From Fimicolochytrium jonesii (Eukaryota), in assembly GCF_025526975.1 (NCBI RefSeq), contig NW_026515685.1, positions 496,001 through 560,000 on the forward strand: a stretch of 64,000 nt of DNA. The letters run 5' to 3'. Under the pieces are notes generated by a model. That model had not been told where the DNA came from and did no database searches. It was given only the letters and a program-made list of their open reading frames with translations. This document shows positions 35,311 through 50,000 of the stretch, piece by piece. Every line of letters starts with the position of its first letter. Within the stretch, counting starts at the first letter, position 1. A program made the translations under genes and the position numbers.

Positions 35311-37021
35311 CTAAAACCCAGTCTTAAAAGTCCTAACAAGCATCTCCTTCACCACTTCCCTATCCATCGCCAGCACAACCCTCGCATTCGGGCCCGTGCG
35401 CCCTTTGCCGTGCCCGCCCCACCAGTCCATGTGGGTCATCCCGCGCGTGTGGATGCCGTTGAGCTCGACGCCGACGTCCCAGTCTTTGTAGGAGGTGACG
35501 GAGGTGGGTTCGAGGAGAGCTGCGACGGCGTAGAGGTCCGGCCTGGGAGAAAGAGTAGATGTCAGTTTTGGGTGAGGGGAAGGGAAAAAGGGTGGGTTAT
35601 GCGGACTTACATAAGGAACGAATTGGCACCATACAAATACTCCTCATGAGTATTCCTCGTGCGCACCTTCTTCCCCGTCTTCTCATCCGTCTTCACTCCT
35701 AGCTCCTCCTTCTCCACCAACACAGCAGTAGGCGTAGTCGGCCCGGGTCCTCCAAGCAACTCATGCTGCGCGCGGGAGAGCGTCTCTGCGCATTTGCTCA
35801 TGGTGCGGAGGAACTTGCCGTGGGCGTTGACGGGGGAGTCTTGCGTGAGGTAGTCGAAGAAGGACCAGGGGAAGCCGTGCTCGACGGTTAGTTCCCAGGT
35901 GAGGAGGGTGATGATGGGGGTGGGGCGTGGGGGGAGAGTGGAGGCGGCTTGGAAGACGATGTGGGCGGCTTCGGGGTCGCAGTGGATGTTGAATTCGGCT
36001 GGTGCGGGAGGGATGAGGGGTTAGTTTGTTTGCACGACTTCGGATGGTAACAGATAATGTCGTACCAGCGCGGTTGGCGTTTCCCTTGCCAAACAGACAT
36101 CCACCCATAATGTACAATCCCTTGATCTTTGTCAGTAGCTCAGTGTCCAGAGTAAGAGCGATGCCGATGTTTCTGAAAATGCGCCAAATGACATCATCAG
36201 TTCCCATGTCCATGTTATGAAATTGACATTCCCCCACAGACGAACGGCCTTGCAGACTAGAATGTCCCTCCCTCGACCCCTCACTCACGTCAAAGGCCCC
36301 ACAGCAACAATCGTATACGCTCCCGGCCTCTCATTCACCATCCTCACAATGGCGGCGGCAGCCACCTCCTTCTGGGTTGGGATATGGCCATCTCCAGGCA
36401 ACGCCAGCGCGCCGTCGTCAGTGTTATTGTTGTTGGTGGTGATGTTGCCCAATCCGTCGTCGCCATGCCCAGGCCACAGCTCCTTCTTGTGCAGACCGCG
36501 CAGGATGGGCCCGTCGGCACCGGCGTAGATGGGGATGTCTTCACGCTTGGCGACCGCGCATAGTGTCTTGATGTTCTTGACGGCTTGGGGTTGGTCGACG
36601 TTGCCGTCTACGATCGTAAAGGCCTGTCCTCATCGAAGAGAAATGAGTCAAACGATCGCTCTCGGCGTCAAACCGTTCGGCTTACAACCGCTCGCCATTC
36701 TCAAGCACTCCTATGCCTGCCGGCACAGTTGGCTCGCTGTCGCTCGCCTCTCGCTGCTGCCGGCATTCTGCTCGCTTCGCTTGGAACCTCAAGCAGTCCC
36801 TGCCCTCCTCGCTTTCGTTCGCCAGCCGCCATCCTTTCCATTCAAATCTTCCCACTCCACTGCCCCTCCTACTCCCTCAAACACACCTTAATATCGGCGG
36901 CCGGGTGTTGAAAAGCCACCAGAATAGCCGTGGCGTCGTCTATGCCGACGTCGGTATCAATGATCAGCTCGTGGCGCTCAGCCTGCGTCGCGGCGGGAGG
37001 AGTTGGTGTTGGGTCGACCAT
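35311..37021 (-). CDS. inosine/uridine-preferring nucleoside hydrolase (multi-exon)
   Basis: LIIDTDVGIDDATAI, VDGNV, WPGHGDDGLGN, VAVGPLT, YIMGG, AEFNIHCDPEAAHIV and VELNGIHTRGMT. Confidence 0.92.
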
Positions 37022-39018
37022 TCCGTTTGTGGGTAGCGGTGTCGAGTGAAGTTTGTTGGAGTGGATCCTGGAGAGAGGGAGACTGGGAGTGGAGGTCGTG
37101 GGAATGTAGGGGCCACTTATGGTTGCAGCTGAGCGCAAGCGGGAGGCGACTCGGTTGCCAGCCTGTGTTGTTGTTTGTGCGTTGATTTCTCGCGTCGATG
37201 CGTGCGTTGTTGTTTGTGCTGTTCTAATGAGCGGCCTAATCTAATCGACGCGGTTTCCCGTACGACCCTAACCAGAAAGTCTCTCAATTGGGGATGGGTG
37301 CGGATGGATTGGATGTCCGCGGACTGGTGAGACTTCTCCGTCGGACATTTGACACTGGGGGCACGCGATGCGTCAGCTGCTAACAGTAACGCGTTGACTT
37401 CGCGTCACGCCGCCTTTTTACCTCCCAAACGGACAGACTTCCACGAAAAAAAAAAAAAGGGAAAGGAAAAATCCGCCAGCATACGCACAGTCCATAATAC
37501 CATATGCATTGGTGCGTATGACAGCTAGGTGGTGACGTTGCTGCCAATACAGCTTGAATCCTGCCGGGAAGCTTTCCGATAGATCCCACTTCATCTCGTA
37601 TGTATCGGCATCACTCGACCCTCCGTACTTGCAAGCGCACAATCCGTCGCCATGGTCGAATACACTTGAATTCGCCCACAAGTTCGAGAACATCCACGAA
37701 GCTCTGCAGCGTTTTTGATGCGCCCCTCGTCATATTCGTATGCCAAGCAAGATCCTCTTGTAGACGTTGGACCACCGTCGGTTGATTTACTACCATCTGG
37801 GCTCTAAGTGTTACTGATCTCCCCAGGGCGGCGCTGTTTAACATCAAGGCTCTGAAACTCTTCCTTTACGGCCTTCGAAGGTTTTCCTGATGCCGCGTCC
37901 CCCCTGCCCTGCCAACCACATCGCGAAGGTTGGCAATCGATGTCGTTCGAGTCTAACGGCCTATTCGCACTGGAAAGAAGTCCTCCGACCCTCTGGATAG
38001 ATGCATAAGGGGCTACAGGTTGAATATTGGGGATGGTTTCCGTCTTTTTTCTTAACAGGATGTGGTGGATGAATCCAAGCCACCCTGTCACTAAATCACA
38101 ACTTACTGATCAAGGTACTTGCATCCGATACTGCATTACCGACTGTTTCTTCGACTCGACCTTACATGCGTTTCACATAAGTCGCAAATCGCTACCCCCC
38201 TCAAAACCAATCATCCACCCATCGTACATGACAAACTTGAGCACAGCAGCAGCCTGTTCGGGCATCAGTCTCTCTCGCGTGACGGCATTGCTTTTGCGGG
38301 AGGCTGATTTGCCGCGTTGCTTTTGGGTGCCATCGTTATGCTCGCAGTGTTTCCAAGTTACCGGTGTTGTTTGCGCCCGCGGATCGTTAGACGAATTGGG
38401 CGGTTCTAGTGTGAGTGGGCGGTGGTGAAAGCGATTGGTGCGTGGCGTACGGTGTGAGAAGATGACTGTAGGTTGGGGGTCTGGTGAAACCTTTGCTGCA
38501 AGATTGAAAGCGCAAAGTCGGGTTGCGACTTGCAAGCCGACAATGCAGCGGAGAGACAAGCGAGGAGTGCGGCGGAATACCGGCGGAATGAGCTGTGCAG
38601 GAGGCCAGATGGAGTGGAGTCCGGCTTGATGGGAGATTTCAAGGAGAGACAGCTTTTTGCTACCCGACTGCACAGTAACATGTCCGCCCCCTTTTCGCGT
38701 TCCCGATCCACTGGTAACTTGCCCAACATGAGAACACGCCCAAGTCTGAGGAGAGGTTGAGTCATTGTCCATGAGTCATCGAAATAACGCGGAGGTGTGA
38801 CAAGTCGATCGGCCAGTCGCATCTCCAACAGTTACTCCGACGACGACGACGACAACGACAAGCCCTCGCCGAGAGACGTCGGTTGCCTACATAAGAACGG
38901 ATACACTACCGCCGTTCTCTCGCCCGTCCACCACAGCAACGCACAGCACGCAGAGGTCATTCCCCACTGGAACGATCACCATCCTTTCACCTTATCACCC
39001 TGCAATCACTTCACCAAA

Positions 39019-40053
39019 ATGGATGTATCCGACCTAACCGACCGCCTCCTTCTCGCCATCCCAAAGAAGGGCCGGTTAAACGAACACTGCCTGACTCTCC
39101 TCAAAGGCGCCGATATCCAGTTCCACCGCCGCAACCGTCTGGACATTGCCCTCTCTACCAACCTACCCCTCGCTATCGTGTTCCTGCCAGCTGCTGACAT
39201 TGCGACGTATGTGGGCCGCGGGAATGTAGACTTGGGCATCACGGGCGAGGATGTGATTGCAGAAGCTGTCGCTGAGGATGTGGAGGCGGGTGCGAGTAAG
39301 GATGAGGCGAAGGTTACAGTTCTGACGAAGCTAGGGTTTGGGAAATGCAAGTTGTGTGTGCAGGTGCCCGTGGCGAGCGGGTTCAAAACGGCCAAGGACC
39401 TGGTGGGCAAGCGGATCGTGACGAGTTTCGGAAACGTCTCAAGAAGTTTTTTTGATGCGCTGGAGGCCGGAGCGTCGGAAGAGGAAGCCGCTCGGGCGCT
39501 CATTGCGTTCTTTTCCACGACATCATCTTCCGCACCGGGGGGAACAGCCACCGCCATCTCCACATCATCGACCACCACAATCCACCACGCCAGCGGCTCC
39601 GTCGAAGCCGCCTGCGCCCTCGGTCTCGCCGACGGCATCGTCGACCTCGTCGAGTCTGGCGAAACCATGCGCGAAGCCCGTCTCCACGCCATATCCACCC
39701 TCCTTACCTCCGAAGCCGTGCTCATTGCCAACAGCGCAAAATACCGCTCTACCAACCCCGCATCCGCGCACCTAGCCTTAATCGACACCCTCCGCCGCCG
39801 CATCGAGGGCGTCGTCTCTGCCCAGAAGTACCTGCTGTGCAACTATAACATTCACCGCGAGAAGGTCAAAGAGGCGATCAAGATTACCCCGGGGAGGAAG
39901 GCGGCGACTGTGAGTCCGTTGGAGGATAGCGAGTGGGTGGCGGTGAGCGCGATGGTGCTCAAGAGTGAGGCGGCGAGTGTTATGGATAGGTTGGAGGCGG
40001 TGGGCGCTTCGGATGTGTTGGTGTTTCAGATTCATAATTCGAGGGTTGTTTGA
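39019..40053 (+). CDS. HIS1: ATP phosphoribosyltransferase (intronless)
   Basis: LLLAIPKKGRL, FLPAADIATYVGRGNVDLGITGED, GSVEAACALGLADGIVDLVESGETM and ITPGRKAATVSPL. Confidence 0.97.
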   Translation: MDVSDLTDRLLLAIPKKGRLNEHCLTLLKGADIQFHRRNRLDIALSTNLPLAIVFLPAADIATYVGRGNVDLGITGEDVIAEAVAEDVEAGASKDEAKVTVLTKLGFGKCKLCVQVPVASGFKTAKDLVGKRIVTSFGNVSRSFFDALEAGASEEEAARALIAFFSTTSSSAPGGTATAISTSSTTTIHHASGSVEAACALGLADGIVDLVESGETMREARLHAISTLLTSEAVLIANSAKYRSTNPASAHLALIDTLRRRIEGVVSAQKYLLCNYNIHREKVKEAIKITPGRKAATVSPLEDSEWVAVSAMVLKSEAASVMDRLEAVGASDVLVFQIHNSRVV

Positions 40054-41090
40054 TGGATGGGGCGATGTTTGAGCGAGGTCCGGCGTATGGATCGCGTTTG
40101 GGCTTGCCGTCGGCGCTGGGTGCGACTGAGCGAGGGATGCGATACAGCGGTCGGATGGAAGGCGTAGAAGACTGTTCCGAGGATAGAGTGCCGTAGCGAG
40201 TGGTCCGATGGCGTTATAGTTAAAGGTCCTTCAGCTTTATTTGAGATAGCGGTATCGTCAGCAGTCGCTAGCGTCGCATGTACAATCCCCCTCGTCCTTC
40301 ATTCTGTTTATTTGCAAGAATGGTATCACTCACAGACTAGCGCGCAGTGGAAAGGTTGGCCGTTACTCGAAGTAGTCCTGTGTGCGGGATTTTTTCAATG
40401 CGTGCCCCAGTTAGAGTGGCGCTCTGTGTTCTCCAGAAGAGGGATTATACGCTCGAATCTTCCATTTGCAGTGCACATGTATCGATAAACTAGCACGTCT
40501 GGATATTCCATGCACACCGTCTGTGCTCTTGACACTGCATCGCAAGCTGGGGCTCGGGGAAAGGGCGATTTCAAAATGACGGTACCTGCAACATCGATCG
40601 ACAGCACCCGCAAGTAACACAACGTCGCACGGATGAGTAATGTCCCGCTCACGTGACTGCAGCTTTTCTTCCCTGCCCTCCTCCCTCGTCATCTTTCCAC
40701 ACGCAAACACCCTCGGTAAACAGAGGGGGGCGCTGACTTCCCCCGATTACTAACACGCCGCGACTGGCCCACTGCCTCCCCTGCCCCCGGGCGCCCGCGA
40801 TAGCCGCTCCCAACCTTTCCCACCTTTTTCCCACCACCGAAGGTCATATTTCCCTTGTTCATCCCTCACAGGACCATAGGTAAGAGGGGATTAGTAATAC
40901 GTGGATAGTGGGCGAGTAGTCCCGGAAGGAGGACCGCTGTTGAGAGTAATTTTAGTAAGAGGGGGGACATATATAAGGGAGAGGCATTGCCTTGGCGGCA
41001 GTTGCCCACTTCAGCATCGACCATTTTTGGGAAATTACCGAAGCACACCCTAGTGCACCATACCAATTTTGTTCTATTGCACTCTTTTAG

Positions 41091-42134
<1,044 letters not shown>

Positions 42135-43091
42135 AAAGGAGGGGGTGTTTGAAGAACTTCTTTTTTTTTGTGTAGAAAAATATGACGAATGAATGTGACT
42201 TGCCTACGACCTTTGGCCAGGGAAGATGGCGGAGAGTGAATCAACGGGCGTCATCGGACTTTGAGCGTAAAGAAGGCGCATGGTTACGTTTTCCGAGATT
42301 TCCAACCTGTCCAGATCCACATTGGAGGAATGTTTTGATGATGTACAGTATGTACCGTTGCGGGAAAAGGAAGGGCGGACGGGCGACGGGAGAGGCGGGA
42401 AGTGGGAGTTGGACGCAAATTGGCCTGGAGTGACGTTGTGACGGTGGTGGGGGCGCGTCTGTTGGCCTTCCCAAAAAAGGACGATGATTCATCCAACCCA
42501 CCCTCAACAGCATCGATTAAAAGCACTCGAATAAATCCACCTTCCAGAGCTGTCCGAGGCCACTCCCTGGGAACTTTCCGCATTGGCCATCTTATCACGA
42601 TCAGGCAGACCCAGGCGGCGGTTATCCTCCTTCCGTTTTGTGCATACTCTCCCGCTGCTATCACACCTGAGACTGCTTTGATTCTCCCCACCGGTAAGCC
42701 ACGCCTCCCCATCTTCCGCAATTTCCCGTCTTATGTGGAGATGCACCCACTCAATTACCCGCCCCTTTTTGCTGATCACCTCCGCACCCTCCATCCACTG
42801 TCAGTGAATAGGCCTTGGGAATAACAACACCGACGTCCTGAAGTGAAGGAACGGAGAGGGATTACTTGGAGAGGCAACGCATTCAACCGACATCACGGCG
42901 CCTTGGTGAATCGAGGCGCATCCAGCGAGGCAAAACAGCCGACTCATATCACCAGCAGATACACACTCCTATCGGGGTTACGGGATACGCACAGCAGCGT
43001 GCGTTCTCCGCTTGACGGACTCAACATTCGACTGGAGTGCTAGTAGGGGAGGGTACAGCGGCCAACAGAGGAATATATAGCTTGGCGAGGA

Positions 43092-43797
43092 ATGGGCAAC
43101 GCTTCTACGAAGAGACGGGATGAGGAAGGGGCTACTGCGGCGGCGGCGGCGGCGGTTGTGGAGGTGAAGATTGATTATGGGGTGAGTTTTCGGTGCTTTA
43201 AATGGGGTGTGTTGGGAGGAGTGATGCGAAGCAGGGCTTGCATCGACGGGTGGTTATGTGTTTGGAACGTCGGCCTTTTGGTGCCGGCGGTCCAACAGAT
43301 TGTGATATTCATGTTTTGTCTTCTCGCATCCAGCAAGTCGTGCCCTTCGCAGAAGCGGTCTACGCGAGCGCCCCGCAGGACTGGGACCACCAAGTCGTCA
43401 AACGGCTAATCACAGAACGGCGGCTTGCACCCTTCTACAAAGGTCTTAGCGACGCAGAGGAGGCGGAGAAACTCACAGCGGAGGCAGAAGCCGCCGCTTC
43501 AAAACAATCAGCAACAGCGTCATCATCATCCATAGCAGCAAACAATCCTCAAATGCGAAGCCCGGTATCGTCTCCCACCGGCACACCCATCCGCGAAGAC
43601 CCACCAACTCTCATCCGCTCCGCCTCACGCGCAACAGCCATCAACAAGCGGACGAGCATGAGCGCCGCGGACCTATCGAAGGATTCGTGGGGGAGGAGGA
43701 TCAGTCATGAGCGGCAGGGATCGATTTCGAGTTTTAGTTTGAAGGGGAAGCGGTCGGCATCGTTGCCGAATCAGCTTGTACAGCAGCAGCAGTACTT

Positions 43798-43831
<34 letters not shown>

Positions 43832-45329
43832 GAGGAGGTGTCCCTGATTCCGTTGGAGGGGCTGTATAAGTGGGCTGTTGAGTGTCCTATTTGTTTCCTG
43901 GTAAATATCGTTAGTCATGTGCATGAAGGACGCCACCAGGTCAATATGAATGGCTAATCGCCCTATTTTCTTCATAGTATTACCCGTCAAACATAAACTA
44001 CTCTCGGTGCTGCGACCAGCCCATCTGCACTGAATGCTTCGTCCAAATCAAACGCTCAGAATCAACCCTCGAACCCGCCGCATGCCCCTTCTGCGTCGAA
44101 ACCAATTTCGGAATCCTCTACTACACCCCCGGCTCGCCTGAGCATGAGAAAAAGCTTCTCGAAGCGCATCCAGACGACCATGCCGCGATCGTCGCATCCG
44201 GCCACGGCGCGCGGATGGACTACCTAGCCGCCCGCCGCGCCTCTGCAATCTCCACCGCGTCAGGAATCCCAGGGGATGGAACATCATCCTCAACAACCGA
44301 CAAACGCGAATCAACGGGCGACCTCACTACCACCGGGAGCCCGACCTCCGAAACCGGCCCGTCAGACTTCCTGGTCCCGCCCACAACAGCCCCGGCACCC
44401 TTCAAACGCCGCGCCAGCGTCTCGCATAAATCCGCACTGGTCGTTACCTCCGACGAGCTCCGACCCGATTGGCTGCGGAAACAGCAACAACTCGCCCTCG
44501 TGCGCGCCGCGAACCAGCGTAGACATACCATCTCATCCCTCGGCTCCAATGGCGGCACGCGGAGGGTCCGGCATTTGTTTTTGGAGAATGATCGGGATTT
44601 GGCGAGCGCGGCGGCGGCGGCGGCGGGGTTGGTGGAGAGCATGACGGGGTCTGAGGGTGGTGGGGCTGCATCGGCAACGGCGGGGGATAGTGCGGCGAAT
44701 GGGAGGGCGAGGGGCGCGAGAGGGGATAGTTCGAGGCGACGGGCGAGGACCAATGCGGATATGGGGTTTAATTACATCGAAGGTAAACCACGACTTTGCG
44801 GTTTCCCGCACTCGTGAGTGTGTTTAACTGATTGAGCTGGTCCCGCGACTTTGCAGCGATGAGGAACATGGGCGCAGACCTCGAGGAATTGATGCTCATG
44901 GAGGCCATCCGCCGGTCATTGGCGGAATCGGAAGCGAATGCGGCGGAAGCGACTAACACGAGCGGTACCTCCGCTGAGAACAATACCAATGCAGCAGCGC
45001 CGATCGCGGAGTCGACTACGGCTGCGGCTGCTGTCCCGCCCTTGACGGCTGTTACGCCACCGCCAGTAGATTCGTCCGATACGCCGGTTGTGTCGACGTC
45101 GGCTGTCGACACCATTACCGCACCTGCACCCGCCGTCGTTGGGGAAACAGCAACACCCGACCCAACATCATCATCCATCACCATTACCACAACGAACCCG
45201 GACACCGCCCCGACTCCACCCACACCCGCGGCCATGCAGACGGACCCTGTGTTGACGATAGCGCCGGATACGAATACACACACTACCACTACCACCAACA
45301 ACGTAGATTCAACCACCACCTCATTGTGA
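43092..45329 (+). CDS. SIP5: Sip5-like RING-type protein (spliced)
   Basis: MGNA N-terminus, VKRLITERRLAPFYKG, ECPICFL/YYPSNINYSRCCDQPICTECFVQIKR...CPFCVETNFG, SDELRPDW and the UIM-like DLEELMLMEAIRRSL. Confidence 0.88.
43781..43831 (+). repeat. interrupted CAG microsatellite encoding polyQ
   Basis: (CAG)4 TAC TTA (CAG)10 CAA inside the SIP5 coding exon. Confidence 0.9.
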
Positions 45330-47008
45330 AACCTCATCTTTTTGCGTCTTCGGAGTGGGTGTGTGTGCAGAATCCAAGACAACCGGCAGTACCGCTCCGA
45401 ATACAGCCCCGATTGCTCTCGCGTTCACCTAAGCGCCACCTCAAACCATACCCACCCCGACAAGTGCACGCTATACCCTCGCCTCCGAAACGCTGGTTTC
45501 TTACGTAGCCGCGAAAGCAACTTCCCGCGACCGCTCTGCTCGGGTCTAGGTCACTCTACCTCCCCCTCATGACGAAGTATCCTTCCGAGCACGGGAGAGG
45601 GATTGGGAAACGCAGGGTCGCTCACATCTGTGTCATTTTGGCGGACTTGCGTGAATCGGGGTGTCATAGACCTCGACGGGAGGGGAGTTGGGTGGATCAA
45701 TCATCGGCTGAAGGGGGGAACGGAGTGTAGTGTAGATGTGCACGCAGCGGAACGATATGTGTATGTCGCGGTTTTGCCATCTCACGGCTGGCCTTTCTCT
45801 CTGTATGAGAGACACTTATTTCTGGAAAAGGCGGTTTTGTTGTAATTCCTGTTTCACCCCCCCTTTTTCTTTTGTTCACCCGCTTTTGTTGCTCGGTTCT
45901 TTTTTGCATTTCCGCTTTGTCCAATTTTTTTTTTATGAGTGGGCATAATTGTTGTTCTTTTTCAGGAAATGTTGACAGAGGTTGTGGGTTCTACGAGTAG
46001 TCCTTTTTTCCCAATCGGAGCATGTGCCGTCGAACCTGAAGGTTTGACGCGAAATGCACGCAGTCCCCATCGATCTCGGCAGCGACGACTCGGCTCTCTC
46101 CCGCATTCTGTTCGAATATGCAGTACAACACCGACATCCCCGAGGACAAAAAGCCACATTCTCCCTGTACATGTACAGTCTGTTGCCATAAAGCAGGTCG
46201 CACCCGGCCGTGCGCAGTCGGCCCCAGCGGTTGTTGCCTAGCACAGTGACAGATCTAGTTTAGATTAGGGGTCCTAATACCATGAATAAGGATGATGGGT
46301 GCAATGATCAGCGGGCGAGGACACTAACTTACTTTCGGGGGCGACCTGCTTTATGGCAACAGACTGTACACAGTATTGGATAAAACATTCGGTGGATCGA
46401 ATCACGAGATGCAGCCGTTCAAAAAACGCGTTATGGAGAAAGGCAACGACGAACGCGTAAGCAGCGACGCGTTTCTCGCAGAAACCAAGGCCCGCCCCGA
46501 AATCTCTTTGTCCGCGGAGAGATTCAAGATCGTTTCCGAACGAGACATAGTTTCTGTTGCATCGTACAGTACAGTGAACGGTAATCTGATCTTCACCCGA
46601 AACATATACATTTCTTGTGAATCCGTCCTACAAACTATCATACGACAGGAGGGATGACCAAAACCGTCAGCACATGGGGACGCGGGGGTTCTGCCATACG
46701 CCGCTTCCTATATCCCCACTGGGATGGCCCGACCTTGAAATGCTACGCAAAGCTATCCAAAGCGCATAAGTTCGTGGATTTGCGCAGGCGAGTCGCCACG
46801 TAGGGTAGATGCTTCCCAACGCCCTTGAAAGAGCTGCGATAACGGGGGAAACTTCCGGCCGTGGCTGGAGACTGCTCACAATCCCACCCCGCTCAGGTTC
46901 ATTCGTGTCTTCTCGTTCTTGCGGGCGCGCCGAAGAGGCTGGACGACTCCGGCGAAGTTGCACTCCAGGCCTGCTCAACGCGACTCGCGTCGTAAACCGG
47001 TCGCTGAT

Positions 47009-50000
47009 TCACAGCTCCCGACACCGACAGGCGCAATTCGACACGGGACAAACGGCATGCCCCTCAAACCACTGCAGCATATGCAACGCGTGCCCGCCAT
47101 GGCGACAGGTCTGGCACCACGTGAACCACAGCTCAAAGCCCAGGTCCTTGTTCTCCGCGGTCAGATCGGTGTCCGGTTCGTTCGCTTTGCCGCCGCGACG
47201 GCCGAAATAGCGCAGTGTGTCGGCGGGCGTGCCAAGGTGGAGAAGGCAGAGGGCGCATCGGGGGAGCGGTTTGCGGCAGGTGGGGCAGGCTGTCATCTGT
47301 AAGGAGAGCAAGAGGTCAGACGAGCGACGGCAGAAAATGAAGGAGAGAGATGGGGCCAGGTGACACGCCTCTCCCAAGCTCGAAACAGAAGAGAACAAAG
47401 ACACACACGAACCTTAGCCCGACTCGCCGCGCCCCCACCTCCACCCGGACCAGCCCCGACTGCCGCACCCGGATTCCCCACCGCACCCGCCGCAGCACTC
47501 GGGATCGAAATCCCCTTCTTAACCCCATGACTCGCCATCTGTCCCCCCGCGGCCGTGGCAGCCGTTACCGCACCCCCGTCCCCAGCAGCCGCCTTAGCAA
47601 GCGGGGCGTTGCAGAAGGTGCATCGAACGTATATCTGCGGCGTCAAGTCCGCGTGTGGCGGCGGTGCTGCTGCTTCCGATGCAGTAGCAGCCCCGCCGCC
47701 CACCCTCTGTCGATTCCGGTTTCTGTGCCGGGCGATATCGAATCGTGCTCGGGTGTGATACAACTGCCACCGGTCCAGCAACGCGCGGTAATACTCCGAC
47801 CACTCATCCACGCGCAGGTCCAGAACGCGCGACGATGCAGCCGCCGAAGCCGAGGCCGCTGTTGTTGTCCCCGGTGTATGCAAAAGCAACAACGCCGCAG
47901 TCTGCACATCCCCACAATGGTTGATATACGTCTCCAGCAACGTCATCCCCGTAGGCGTAACCAAGCCCGTCAGCAGCAACCCCTTGACGTCGCCAGCGGA
48001 GGTCATTTCCGCCGTCATGTCGTTGATGGTTTCGACGAGCTCCTCGTCGCTCAAGAAGCGTAGTGCGATGCCTACCCGGTCCCTTAGCGACAGCCCTCGT
48101 TCTTGGAGCACGATGCGCCAGTTGCCGTTGGAGGCGATGAGGGCGAAGATGGCGCGCAGGTAGGGATCTTTGAGGTCTGAGCTGAGCGATCTGCAGAGGT
48201 CTTCCCATGTTGACGATGAGGAGGATGTGCCAGCGCCGTTGGAGCGCGAGGCGGAATATCCGGCGATTGCTGTTGCTACCAGTTTCAGGCGTTCGTCTTT
48301 CGCAGACTTCAGAACCTCCAACGCAAGGCCCAAACTCGACCCATGAAATAAAGCCCACCCCGCGGCCTTCTCATGCTCCCCACCCGCCTGCAACTTCCTC
48401 AACGCAGCGTCCAGCGTGTCATGCGAATGGAGATCCCGTTCCAACCCCGCCTCGTCCTCGCGTTCATCCCGATCTGCTGGCGGGAAGTGAAAACTCCAAC
48501 CACACATCAGCAGGGCGAGGTCGCGGTAAGGGCTCGTGTACGTTTTCAAGGGGAAGATGGGTTCCGGCCCCCGCACGGAACTGCTGCCGCTGCCGGTCGG
48601 GGAGGGGCGGGTGCCGTCGTCATGATGAACGACTTTCCGACTCGAGGTGGACAAAAGCATGTCCTGCACAACGGTCTGCACGCCCTGCCCGGCATACTCG
48701 ACGTGTCCGATGCGGAACCTGCCGAGAGCTATATGTTTCGCCAACTGGTGGATCCACGTCCAGACGTCCTCGAGGTCCGTGTCGGCACACCGTTCGAAGA
48801 GCTTGGCATTGGCGAGGGCGTCGAATGCGTAGCCTTGTACGGCGCGCGTGCGCATGATGACCGCGATGTCGTCTCTGGGGAGGTCGTTGCGGCGGGCGAT
48901 ACCGAGGCGGGACAGTGGTTGGGTCGACTTTGAGGCCTTGACGTCGTTGTTGGTTAGAGGCGCGACGTGCACGGTCGGTCGGATGGGGTCCGCGTCCGCG
49001 GTGGTGAGAGTTGCGGTGTTGGGGAGTTGTAGTCTGCCTTTGGTGGCTGACATGGTGGGCGCGAGAACAGTGACGCACGGGCCGGCCGTGATTGCGAGGG
49101 AGCCTAGCGGGCAGAAAGACATTCGATACGTGGGTGGGAGACGGACGATGCTGAGGATGCGGTCCTTGTCGAGACAGGCGGTGATCAGGTGATGTGAGAA
49201 ATCGTCGGAGAGGGACATTGGAATCCATGCAAAGGTTGGGAAACTGATGGTTCCCTGCTTTGCGGAAAATTCGACTGCACACAGAAAAGGACGAGGGCTC
49301 AGATTCTGCTCGGCCCTCGCTCGAGATCACAGTTTTCTTACCTTTGCGCACCCTCCATAACATCGGCCCTGTGATCGCCGTTTCCTCGGCGCCCTTACTA
49401 TCATCCTGCTGCCCAGCCCATTCCAAAGGCGTAGCAGATGTCCCCCCTATTGCTCCAGGAGTAGCTCCTGGTACGCCAGCGTGCGGGCCACTAGAACCAC
49501 TCCCCATCACAGAAGAAGGCGTGAGCCCCTCGCCCATCGCTGGAGGCGTAGCACCCGCGCCTTCCGAAGCCCCTCCACCAGCCGCACCCTGTCCAGCGTT
49601 CTTGGAAGCCGTCCGTCCACTAGTATGCGTGCTCAATGTAGGGAACCTGTCGTCTTTTCCCCCTCCCGCCCCTCCCTCTTGTGTATCCCATACTCTCAAC
49701 GTCGTGCTTTCCTTCCCAGCAGCAGCCAAGCACCCCGCCCGTTGCGGGGACCACGCGACGTGACTGATCCCGTATCGAAACTCAGAGTTGATGGTGAGCG
49801 CGGGTTCCGATGCTTTTCGGATGTCCCACACGCGAACGATTGCGTCTTCCGCAAAGGAAGCAAGGCGGTTGCCGTTGAACGGGTCCGCGACGATACCGAG
49901 GACGGCTTTTGTGGGAATGACCATGCTGGCGGTGCTTTGGGTGACTCGCATATCGTATGATCGGATCCATTTGAGGCCCATTCCTGCTACCAAGAGGGGC

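Noticed and set aside
37418..38828. Minus-strand ORFs upstream of HIS1
   Set aside because: I could not assemble a consistent spliced model or recognise a family. A divergent gene cannot be excluded.
45577..45584. GTATCCTT U12-type donor-like motif (also on the minus strand at about 55102-55109)
   Set aside because: Outside coding exons, with no matching U12 branch site identified. Expected by chance.
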